Source of the DNA: Octopus bimaculoides
Lineage: Eukaryota
DNA: 64,000 nucleotides
NCBI RefSeq assembly: GCF_001194135.2
Contig: NC_068990.1
Location: 30,559,668 to 30,623,667, forward strand
Direction: 5' to 3'
Shown here: positions 1-11,019 of the stretch, piece after piece
How positions within the stretch are numbered: the stretch's first letter is position 1
Layout: each line of letters starts with the position of its first letter
Notes under the pieces: generated by a model
Database searches by the model: none
Told to the model about the DNA's origin: nothing
The model's input: the letters and a program-made list of their open reading frames with translations, nothing else
Program-made: the position numbers and the translations under genes

Positions 1-37
<37 letters not shown>

Positions 38-625
38 GTTGTACACACACACACACAAACATATATATATATATACACATATACATGTCTTTATATATGT
101 ATGGACACACACACACACACGCATGCACATATATGTAACCTATGAAACAGATATGTAAACAGGGCAAACTTACACACACACACACACAATTTCGAGTGTA
201 GTATAATGCAGACATGTTTGCCTCTCCAGAACTGACCACCACACAGGTCACCTATATAAACATACTGAGAGGACTTAAACTGAATAAACCCAATTTCTAG
301 CAATTAATCCATAATGCAGCCGATGTGGTAGGGAATTTTCCTGCCTGTCTGGACCCAGAGGGGTAGATGAAAGTATAGGACCAAGGTGCTGCACAGAATG
401 AGCACCTGATTGCAACATGTGAATATGGATGCTGCAACAGCAAATGCAAGTCACTGGCTTTACAAGAATTGTAGGTCCCAGGGTGAATGAAAAAAGAAAA
501 AACAATTAAAAACAAACAAGATTTCTTGTCAGTGAGGATTCAACTTATCTAACAAGCAGCCATCATTTATATATATATATACATATATATTTATATATAC
601 ATGTACATATATATACATATATACT

Positions 626-716
<91 letters not shown>

Positions 717-1240
717 GCACACACATGTACATATAGATATACATATATATACACACACACATCGTTTCCAAATTTCTGGCAGAGTGAATTACATCATCGT
801 GCTGTTTTTCTCACAGACTGTGCCCAACTGACCCTACTATACTGTGTAGTCAACAAAATCAAAAATAAACAATGTGCATGCATGAAATAAAAAATATAAA
901 ATAGCGACAATTTATCCATCACACCCTGTATGTATGTAGGTATCTATATACATATATATATATATATTTCTATATTTGCGATAATGTATTTTTCCACTTT
1001 AATAATTCGATGTTTATTGTAAACACCTAATATCTTATAAATATCAAATTATTAAAGTGGAAAAATTATCAGAAAAACTATTTCTATTCATTTCCTGAAA
1101 TATATAATACTGTACCAGGGACTTTCTGCTTCCCAATCTACTGTGTTGCTATTTATACATACACCTTTCTATATTCTTATACATATCTATATTTCTTTAT
1201 ATATGCATATTTATATGTATACATATATATGTGTGTGTGT

Positions 1241-1305
<65 letters not shown>

Positions 1306-1491
1306 NNNNNNNNNNNNNNNNNNNNNNNNNNNNNNNNNNNNNNNNNNNNNNNNNNNNNNNNNNNNNNNNNNNNNNNNNNNNNNNNNNNNNNNNNNNNNNN
1401 NNNNNNNNNNNNNNNNNNNNNNNNNNNNNNNNNNNNNNNNNNNNNNNNNNNNNNNNNNNNNNNNNNNNNNNNNNNNNNNNNNNNNNNNNNN
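1306..1491. other. Assembly gap; further gaps at 14828-15086, 18265-18614, 29008-29442 and 43517-43592
   Basis: Runs of N, mostly adjacent to microsatellites. Confidence 0.99.
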
Positions 1492-1526
<35 letters not shown>

Positions 1527-1576
1527 AACACATATATCTGTGTGTGTATGTGTGTGTGTGTATATATATATATATC

Positions 1577-1990
1577 ATCATCATCATCATCATTTAACGT
1601 CTGCCTTCCATGCTAGCATGGGTTGGACGATTTAACTGAGGACTAGCGAACCAGATGGCTACACCAGGCTCCAATCTGATTTGGTAGATTTTCTACAGCT
1701 GGATGCACTTCCTAATGCCAACCACTCCGAGAGTGTAATGGGTGCTTTTACGTGCCACCAGCACAAAGGCCAGTCAGGCCGTACTGGCAATGGCCGTGCT
1801 CAAAATGGTGTATTTTACGTGCCACCTGCACAGGAGCTAGTCCAGCAGCACTGGCAACAATCTCGCTCGAATGTTTTTTCACATGCCACAGGCACAAGTG
1901 CCAGTAAGGCGACGCTGGTAATGATCACGCTCAAATAGTGCTATTTACGTGCCACTGGCATGGAAGCCAGACAGCTGCTTTGGCAACGAT
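1577..1990 (-). mobile_element. RTE 3' UTR copy with internal tandem units
   Basis: Same tail family; further copies at about 8381-8673(+), 20695-20970(-), 29770-30135(-), 32580-32843(+), 35905-36085(-), 44325-44545(-) and 49400-49714(+). Confidence 0.75.
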
Positions 1991-2016
1991 CATGCTCGGA
2001 TGGTGCTCTTCTTTCT

Positions 2017-2060
<44 letters not shown>

Positions 2061-2061
2061 C

Positions 2062-2460
2062 AGTATATATATAGAAATACCGGAGTTAGCACATAAATGT
2101 GAAGCAAGGTGGAAAAAAGTGTACTCAAATACCAGAGGTAGAGTAATATGATTTATTTAAAAGCAACAGAAATATAACAAAAGCTGTTACTCAGAGTTTC
2201 ACGTTCTCGTTCGTCGGACAGTTTTGTTAAAATAGAACAGAAATAACGATATGATAAAAACTAGTTAGAGGATATACCTTTAAAAATAGATTTGTTTCAT
2301 TGGTCCTTTTAATTAACGGTCTTAAGCATGCAATGAACAAAATAAACAAAATAAATTAATTCAATATAAATTCATCGTATTATAAAAATCGAGGAAAACC
2401 TTAAATCGAAGAGCGGATTCAAAATACATAATTGCAAATAATTATATACGAAATATAATT
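2062..2460 (-). mobile_element. Penelope-like element terminal-repeat fragment
   Basis: Carries the hammerhead motif, retains CpGs and ends in a (TA)n/(GA)n tract. The PLE assignment is inferred from the ribozyme; no ORF seen. Confidence 0.45.
2175..2229 (-). ncRNA. Minimal type-I hammerhead ribozyme motif (Penelope-like terminus)
   Basis: Minus strand taacaaaactgt-CCGACGA-acg(agaa)cgt-GAAA-ctctgag-TA-acagcttttgtta: long stem I with one bulge, stem II ACG/CGT, stem III CTC/GAG, GUA triplet. Confidence 0.75.
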
Positions 2461-3439
2461 CAATTAATACATTAAAAATTAAAATTAAAATTAAAATTTT
2501 CATGCTGCATTACATAAATATTTTACAACAGTATATACGCATACTAAACAATCTATAATATACATATATACATCAAAATACACAGATGGATGCATTCAAA
2601 CTACATACATATACAGGCATATATATTTAAGACATAAATATACACACAAATACACATATACATATGTATACATATGTATGCAATCATGCTCGCATGCAAA
2701 AATCACTTCAAGATGGTGCCCCAGCATGGCCATAGTCCAATGACTAAAACCAGTAAAAGGCAACTCCACTGTGGGCGGGGGCGGAGGTCAAGCACTGAGT
2801 TAAATGTTTTTCAGATTTTCAAGAGATGCTGTAGTTTTTACTTTCAGCATAAAACAAATAATTAATTTCAAGCTAATTTTTAACTGTAACCTTGCCTAAC
2901 AATAATGGAATTATTTTTAATTGGATGTCAAACACAATTATAAAATTTATAGGTCAACTGAAGACCCTAGGCAATGTTTTCTCCTGCCAACCCTTTCTCC
3001 ACCCCCTTAAAGACACATGCATGAGTTACTCCCAGGAGTAAATCATGCGTGTGTATATTTCTTACAATATGCTTTTTTTCCCTTCTTTCTTCTTTTTTTT
3101 TCTCTCTCTCTTTCTTTCTTTCTGCCAAGTCCTTTAAAGGACTTCTTGGTGCCTACTTGGACCCTTCCCTTCACTCATCTTACAAGTACTTAATGGTTTT
3201 GAGATCAAAGATGAGGGTAAATCATTGAGTGGAAATATTTCAATATCTGGGTAGGTTGGTCAATGTTTGCATCAACCTTCATTTCGGGGGCTGAAAACAG
3301 TTCACCACCCACCCACTTACTCTTCTTAACAAGTTCACAACCTTAGAACAGCTTCTGCCAGATTCTTCATGGACAAGGAACAAAGGTGTAAATTTTTTGT
3401 GATGTTTTAGATGGAGCAGGCATACCATTGGCAGAGAAA

Positions 3440-3770
3440 TGGGTAGAGTAAATGATGGAGGTAGTCAGTGTGTGACAGAATAATGAAGCTTACACTAGTT
3501 TTGGGTAATGTAACTTCAACCAATTCTTTGTATATGCTCCAAAATCTGAATTGGCAGATGAACTGAAGGACCAGTTCTACAAGGCCTTCGTGCAGACTAC
3601 GTTGACAACACATGATAATGATCTTATTATCATGGCTGGTGACTTCAATGAACACGAGCAACACTCTGATCGTTCGAGGAGCCAGGAGGGAACAAAGCTA
3701 TTGGAATTCTGTGATGCTAATCCGCAACACTAACTTCAAGAAATCAACCAACTTCTTGATCACCTTTCAA
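3440..3770 (+). mobile_element. Decayed RTE-type LINE AP-endonuclease fragment
   Basis: Frameshifted pieces YAPKSELADELKDQFY, DLIIMAGDFNEH, GTKLLEFCDAN and NTNFKK match L1-EN/RTE endonuclease motifs. Confidence 0.8.
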
Positions 3771-3849
3771 GCTACTACTACTACTACTACTACTAACATT
3801 ACCACCTCCACCACCACTGCTATTATTGCTGCCGTTGCTTTTCCCACAG

Positions 3850-4073
3850 ATCATATTGAGTTTGTCGATGTTCAACAAATATCCAGTGAGTTGGATACAT
3901 CAGATAATGGTATGACCAGTGAACTACCCAGCCAACTAGCAGTACAGTTCCAGGCACATGGACACAATGTCCAGTTGAAATTGGTGAGAAAGCAGGACAT
4001 CACTTTGGACATTCCATTCTGTATATTTGAAAACAACGAAACAGTTTGCAATATGGACAACAATATTGAACAG
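3850..4073 (+). CDS. Metalloprotease exon A (N-terminal prodomain): (D)HIEFVDVQQ...ELPSQLAVQFQAHGHNVQLKLVRKQDITLDIPFCIF...NNIEQ
   Basis: cccacag acceptor, CAG|gtaaca donor, 224 nt open frame. LP..L.V.F.AHG.NV.L.L resembles the ADAM/ADAMTS prodomain strand. The phase-0 end matches the next exon. Confidence 0.8.
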
Positions 4074-4530
4074 GTAACAATGATATATTGTTTTGTGAAT
4101 GTTGCCCATCTGTTGATTATCCCCTCGGCATTCAGATTCTTCTGTTTAATGTTTGTTTCATTGCTTTGAGATTTCAGTGATGTGATTGTTTATTTTTAGA
4201 ACAACATTGTAGGATAGGTGTGAAGGGCTGGATTTGGCCAGTGCAAACAGAAAAACAAGAAGAATCTTTAGGCCCTAATATAGCTGGTTTAAAAGCTAAA
4301 GGGTTTTATACTTACAGACTTGTACAATATACCATTACAACTACACAACATGTGTAATACTACTCAAACACACCAATGCTACTGTGCAACACACTAAGAT
4401 ACATGCACAACACACCCACAAACACCACTTTATAATGCATCAAATCTACAACAAACTACACCAACATTGTACAACACAGCAAAACAACCACACAGTGTAC
4501 CAAGCCTGTACCACAATGCACGAATATGAC

Positions 4531-6509
4531 CAGAGGAAGGATGTAGATACACATTACACACATCTTTTCCTTCTTTTTAGTTCAAGTCATGAGATTCATT
4601 CAAGCAAATATGTAGGACGGCCAGTCAGAGCCAATCCCAGCACAAGATTAACCAGCGTATGACGACAATCTGCTCTTTGATATCCTTGACGGAAGAGACT
4701 GTAGGGGGTTAATTTAATTTCCAGGGTCAATTGGTCTTTTCTTTGGTTGTTGTTGTTTTAAATTTGAAAAACTTCCTCTAGAATGTCATGTCTTGTATTT
4801 CTTTTTTTTTTTTTCTAATGTGAATTATTAAATAGAATATTTTGAAGTAGATTTGTTGATGATATTTATCTGTTGAGAAACATACCCAAGTTTGTGTGTC
4901 TGGTAGATACACATGAAACCCATTGAGCTGGATTCAGAGATATGAAATATTAAAAAAATATCTTATAGAGACTGGCTCTAATATATAAGATGTGTAATGA
5001 AAAGATTACAGGAACCAGCTTCAATCTATGAGATAACTGCTTAGAGAGACTGGTTTTAATAGATATAAAGTATTTAGTGAATATACATGGTTCTTCATAC
5101 ATGTGGGCTGGATCCAGATATGTATAAGGTATTTAGTAAACATACTGTATGAATGTGTTTCATGTGTGTGTGTGTGTGTAGGAAATATTTAATTGGGACT
5201 GGCCCCATATATGTATGTTTGTATTGTTACGACAACAAGGGTTCCAGATGATCCACTCAACAGAACAGCCTGCTCATGAAATTAACATGCAAGTGGCTGA
5301 GCACTCCACAGACACGTGTACCCTTAATGTAGTTCTTGGGGAGATTCAGTGTGACATAGAGTGTGACAAGGCTGGCCCTTTGAAATATAGGTACAACAGA
5401 GACAGGAAGAAAGAGTGAAAGGAAGTTGTGGTGAAAGAGTACAGCAGGGTTCACCACCACCCCCTGCTGGTGCCTCGTGGAGCTTTAGGTGTTTTTGCTC
5501 AATAAACACTCTAAACGCCCAGTCAGGGAATCAAAACCGCAATCCTATGACCTCGAGTGTGCTTCCCTAATTACTGGGCCATTGCACCTCCACGATGTCT
5601 GTACAGATAGATTATATATGCATATATACAATATTTAAAGAATTTTTGAAGGGACTAAGTTCTGATAGACAGAATTTAGGGAACAACCAACAAGTTCCAA
5701 CTTTCCAGTCAATGTACATTTGGAATAACTGTGCTCTTAGCTGCACGTCTCCCTAGTAACTAATGAATAAGGTAGTTACAATGTTTCTTCCAGGCACACC
5801 AACACCAACATGGCCTCATGAGATTTACTCGTGTGACATCTGGTTGATGAGAATGAAAGCTTGTCCATTTGTCCATTCTTTGAACTTGTCTTTAGTCTTC
5901 AGCTGACCAACAAAAGTTTCAACTCCCATCTCTATTATTCTACATGATGTCTTTCTTCTGCCAGTTTCATGTCAATGTATAAACGTAAGCAGTGTTTATT
6001 GTGAGGCTGTGTTGACATGCTGTGTGATAGTTTTGATGTTATACACTGATGCCAATACATTATGTGAGGTTTTGTATGCATCTTCCAGACATACAAACCA
6101 GCTGCTAGGCATGGCTCTGAACCTCATAAATATCAATTTTTTTCTCAACATACTTACTTAAAAAAATTCTATTTAATAAATCACATTGGAAAAAAAAAAA
6201 CAAGACATTAAATTCAGTTCTAGAGCAAGTCTTTGCAAACTTAAAACAACAGCAAAAACTAGACCCATAACCTTGGGACCCAAATTAATCCTTCATATCT
6301 ATTGACATCACAAAACCCAAAACTAATGATATTATGTACAGTCTCTTCCTTCAGTGATGTCAAAAACCAGATTGTCGTCATACACTGGTTAATCTTGTGC
6401 TGGGATTGGCTCTGATTGGCTGTCCTACATATTTGCTTGAATAAATCTCATGACTTGAACTCAAAACAAGGAAAGGATGTGAGTAATCTCTGCCTACATC
6501 CTTCCTCTG
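4531..6509. repeat. Long inverted repeat (arms about 4531-4922 and 6067-6509)
   Basis: The reverse complement of 6337-6509 aligns closely with 4531-4703; weaker, gapped similarity continues inward. Confidence 0.85.
5210..5593 (-). mobile_element. tRNA-derived SINE family C
   Basis: Sense head gtggaggtgcaatggcccagtaattaggg...ggttttgattccc has Pol III A-box and B-box-like motifs; (ACAT)n-like tail. Confidence 0.7.
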
Positions 6510-6555
6510 CTTATTATTATTATTTGTTCACTTACCTATTTTTTATTACTATTAC

Positions 6556-6612
<57 letters not shown>

Positions 6613-7288
6613 CATTATTATTGCTGCTGCTGCTGCTATTAAATGCTGCTTTTGTTAGCCAGGATGTTGTCTTGAGGTTTTGGTGACAAGTCTCCTCCAA
6701 ATCACAATAATCTTCCTTAAGATTCTTACAGTATACAGGTTAGCACTTTCCCACAGATCAACAATGCAAATCTCTCAGGTAATAGTTTGCTGTTGTGCCA
6801 AGTACAGCAATTACTACAGGAATAATTCTCACCTTTGTCTTCCACAATCTCTTTATCTCTCTCTAGCTAGAATCTGATATTTTTTTCATTTCTTTGGTAT
6901 CAACTCTATTATCATATGAAATTGCAAAGACTGTCATCTTACTATATTCTTTCTGTCCTCTATAACCAAATCTTCAATAGTATTATCAACTTTTATGGAG
7001 AAATCCTCCATTATTATTATTATTATTATTAAAGTGGCAAGCTGGCAGAACCATTTGCCTACCAGACAAAATGCTAAGCAACATTTCACCTACCCTTACG
7101 TTCTGAGTTCAAATTCTGCCAAGGTCACCTTTGCCTTTCATCTTTTTAGGGTCAATAGAATAAGAACCAGTCAAGCACTAGGAGTTGGTGTAATCAAGTA
7201 GCTCCTTTCACCAAATTCCAAGCCTTCAGTCGAAAGCATTATTATTACACAATTAGAAGAAGAGTGTGATACAATGTACAAAATACAG

Positions 7289-7564
7289 ATTTATTGAATT
7301 CAACAATGTTTCAACAGTTTGTGTTTTTTTCTTCAGATTCAAAATGAAAAATACATAGAGATGCAGAAATTCAAAATTTCGGCTAGACTATCCTCTGTTC
7401 ATTCCAAGATAAGAAGAAAAAAAAAAAGAAAGAAAGAAATGTCATCAAGGAAGGAATGTAGGATGGTTCAACTGAAATTTTGAATTTCTGCATCTCTGTA
7501 TTTTTCATTTTGAATCTGAAGAAAATAAATACAAACTGTTGAAATATTGTTCAGTTCAATAAAT
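7289..7564. repeat. Fold-back with about 92-bp arms (7289-7380 and 7474-7564)
   Basis: cttcagattcaaaatgaaaaatac..agagatgcagaaattcaaaatttc and its reverse complement, about 93 bp apart. Confidence 0.9.
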
Positions 7565-7959
7565 AGAGTCAATCTCTTTTTTTATTACAGATCAAACCAT
7601 GCTCTTCTTATTGTATATTTAAATTCATGAAGAGTTATATCAATCTTCATAAATTATTACTTGTCTTAAATATCTTTTTAACTTTGTTCTCACAAATTCG
7701 TCTACGCCAGAATGGTTCTTTATATTCTGTTTGTTCTGTGCTTTTGCTCATAATATCATTTTATATGTTGGCAGAATCATTATCATGTCAGACAAAATTC
7801 TTAGCAGCATTGCTGCAGACTCTTTATGTTTTGAGTTCAAATCCTGCTGAGTTCCATTTTGCCTTTCATCCTCTTGGGGACACTAAAATTATATCAGGCT
7901 TGATATAATTGACCATGACCTCTAAAATTACTAGATTGTGCCAAAATTAGAAAGAATTA

Positions 7960-8023
<64 letters not shown>

Positions 8024-8037
8024 CATAAGTATTATTA

Positions 8038-8361
8038 TTTGTATTTGTACAAGTTGGCTCCAAGTCTCACCCAAAGACCTCAAGAGATGACAAGTTAGAA
8101 GTTCATGTTGGTGTTATGCCTAGGGTGTCATATATTTGGTTTTGTACATAGTGTTGTTCTAGAGAATGTTTAAGAAACCAGAAGAAAATTATGAGTTTGT
8201 TTTAAAATTCGAGATTACATGGACGATATCTTACATAGGATATGGGCATTTCCCATGAGCACTTTCTTTTGAATTTCTGCCATTTTGGGGTTTTCTGGTA
8301 TCTGAGCTTGGTAACAATCAGCTCCTTTTGCTATCATTCCTAGGGCATCAATGACAACAAG
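8038..8361 (-). mobile_element. RLE-type non-LTR 3' fragment, second family, in (TAA)n
   Basis: LVVIDALGMIAKGADCYQAQIPENPKMAEIQKKVLMGNAHILCKISSM* (8361-8215) plus a 3' UTR; flanked by ATT repeats. Confidence 0.8.
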
Positions 8362-8514
8362 TATTATTATTATTATTGTTGGTTGGCGTTAGGAAGGGCA
8401 TCCAGCTGTAGAAACTCTGCCAAATTTAGATTGGAGCCTGGTGTTGCCATCCGGTTTCACCAGTCCTCAGCCAAGTTGTCCAACCCATGCTAGCATGGAA
8501 AGCGGACGTTAAAC

Positions 8515-8707
<193 letters not shown>

Positions 8708-9804
8708 TTATTAAGGTAGCAAGATGGCAGAATCATTAGCATATTGTCAATCTTTACATTCTGAGTTCAAATTTTGCTGATGTCAACTTTGTCTTTCATC
8801 TTTCAGGGCCTATAAAACAAGTAGCAGTTGAGCCCTGGAGTCAATGTAATTGATTTCCCCACCCCTCAAATTTTCTGGCCTTGTGCCAAAATAGAAACGG
8901 TTATTATGAACAGTATTACTATTCTTGTTGTTGTTGTTGTTTTGACCTCCATAACATTTGTGTTAAACTACGGAAAAGGAAATAAATGGCTTGTTTCCTG
9001 TCGAGGACATACCTCAATGAAATTCACTGCCTTGAAAGAACTAAGAGAATAAGGTTAGACATGATTGAATATATTATGCTTATTATTGTAATCATGTGAC
9101 ATGATGGAGATGTGCAGCAGGGTGGGGTGAGTGGGGATGGTTTATGGCTAGTTCAACGATTTCTTTTCCCATAAAACTAACAAAGAACAAAATATAATAA
9201 CTATCGTTACTATTGTTATTATTATTATTATTATTAAGGTGACGAGCTGGCAGAAACGTTTGTATGCTGAGCAAAATGCTTAGCGGCCTTCACTTTCTGA
9301 GTCCAAATGTCGCTGGGGTCAACTTTGCTTTTCATCCTTTCAGGGTTGATAAATTAAGTACCAGTTATTTCCAAGACAGGAAGCTGGCAGAATCATTAGC
9401 AAGCTGAATCAAAAGACTTAGCAGCATTTCATCCGTTTTTACATTCTAGGTTCAAATTCCTGTTTGACTTTGTTTTTCATCCTTTTGGGGTTGATAAACC
9501 AAGTACCAGTTGCATACTGGGGATCAAATGTAATCAATTAGGCTCCTCTCCCCAAATTTCAGGCCTTGTGCCTATAGTAGAAAGAATTGTCATTAAGGCA
9601 GCCAGCTTCCACAATCATTAGAAGCTAAAGATGAACAAAATGCTGCTAAGCCTTTTGTTTGGCTGCTGAACTCAGATTCTACCAAAGTTGATTTTTGCCT
9701 TTCAGCCTTTTGACTCAATAAATAATTACCCAGTTGACCAGTTGGCAGCAATCTAAATCACTTACATCCCCACCCTAACCCGAACTTGCTGCCCTTCTAC
9801 CAAA

Positions 9805-9839
<35 letters not shown>

Positions 9840-10021
9840 GGCAGTGAGCTGGGAGAATTGTTAGCATGCCGGGGGAAATGCTTAGTAGTATTCCACTGAG
9901 GTTGACTTTGCCTTTCATCCTTTCAGGGTAGATAAATTAAGTACCAGTGAAACACTGAGGTCTGATGTAATCAACACATCCCCTCCCCAAAAATGGCTAC
10001 CCTTGTGGCAAAATTTGAAAC

Positions 10022-10052
<31 letters not shown>

Positions 10053-10055
<3 letters not shown>

Positions 10056-10562
10056 TAGTTTTATTTTTATAACGTGCTTTCACTTCACTACTGAGCACAG
10101 CTCTGTGTGCCTTGGGTATGTGCTGTGGTTTGCTGTGATGCTCTTATGGTTACTGTATTGAAAGTGTTTTATTATTATCATTATTATTATTATGATTATC
10201 TTTATTATTATTAGTGCTTTTGCACAGCTTCTAATGCTGGAGATGTACTACAGTGTCAGCTGTTCACTACCAATGAACTAAGGTAACACCCCTTATTTTT
10301 CGAGCACCTTCCGGAGTATTCGAGCGGTTCCAAGCAGTGCTGTTTTCTGCAAGTGCTCTACCCTTATTGCAGCCCCTATTTGTTCCATGTACTTCTCAAG
10401 ATTTTTACTCACTGTTCCCAGGACTCCGACAATTATTGGTACCACTGCTACCTTTTTCATCGACCACAACTGCTTAACTTCCCAAGCTAACCTGTCATAT
10501 CTCTTGACTTTTCTTTCTTCCTTATCACATACCTTGTTGTCAGCTGGGCATGCTATATCTAT
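10053..10562 (-). mobile_element. 5'-truncated non-LTR retrotransposon with restriction-like endonuclease C-terminus (R4/Dong-like), in (TAA)n
   Basis: Open frame DIACPADNKV..KEERKVKRYDRLAWEV.QLW...VVPIIVGVLG...LQKTALLGTARILRKVL*; ATT repeats on both sides. Confidence 0.85.
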
Positions 10563-10815
10563 TATTATTATTATTGTTGTTGTTATTGTTATTAGTATCA
10601 TTATTATTCTTTTAATTTTTTGTTTTTAATAATAATACTTTTTTTAAATAATCATAATAATCCTTTCTATTATAGTTACAAGACCTGAAATTTTGAGGGG
10701 AAGGGGCTCATTGATTACATTAACCCCAGTGCTCAACTGGTACTTATTTTATTGATTCTGAATGATGAAAAGCAAAGTCAACAAAAGCAGAATTTTAAGC
10801 ATAATAATAATAATA

Positions 10816-10870
<55 letters not shown>

Positions 10871-10966
10871 TGCCAAGGTTGACTTTGTCTTCCATTCTTT
10901 CAGGGTTGATGTAATCAACTCTCCTCCAAAATTGCTGGCCTTGTACCAAAATTTGAAACCAATGAT

Positions 10967-11019
<53 letters not shown>

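Noticed and set aside
529-1635. YI/HT/CV-repeat ORFs in the track, and similar poly-I, poly-M, poly-H, poly-S and poly-D ORFs at 8509-8742, 14706-15352, 28940-29525 and 29596-30106
   Set aside because: They are translations of (TA)n, (CA)n, (GAT)n and (CAT)n microsatellites and N-gaps; no splice or homology support.
3612-3849. 5' part of the 185-aa ORF at 3612-4169
   Set aside because: It is LINE remnant plus (ACT)n/(ACC)n. Only 3850-4073, bounded by splice sites, is protease-like, and the 3' tail of the ORF runs into a MITE.
1-3849. Search for the protease signal-peptide exon (needs a phase-1 donor)
   Set aside because: No ATG-hydrophobic segment with a good phase-1 donor was found; it is probably upstream of the window or in the 1306-1491 gap.
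5520-5593. tRNA-like sequences at SINE heads (also 22621-22690 and 24178-24245)
   Set aside because: They have A and B boxes but no complete cloverleaf, and they continue into repeated SINE bodies; not tRNA genes.
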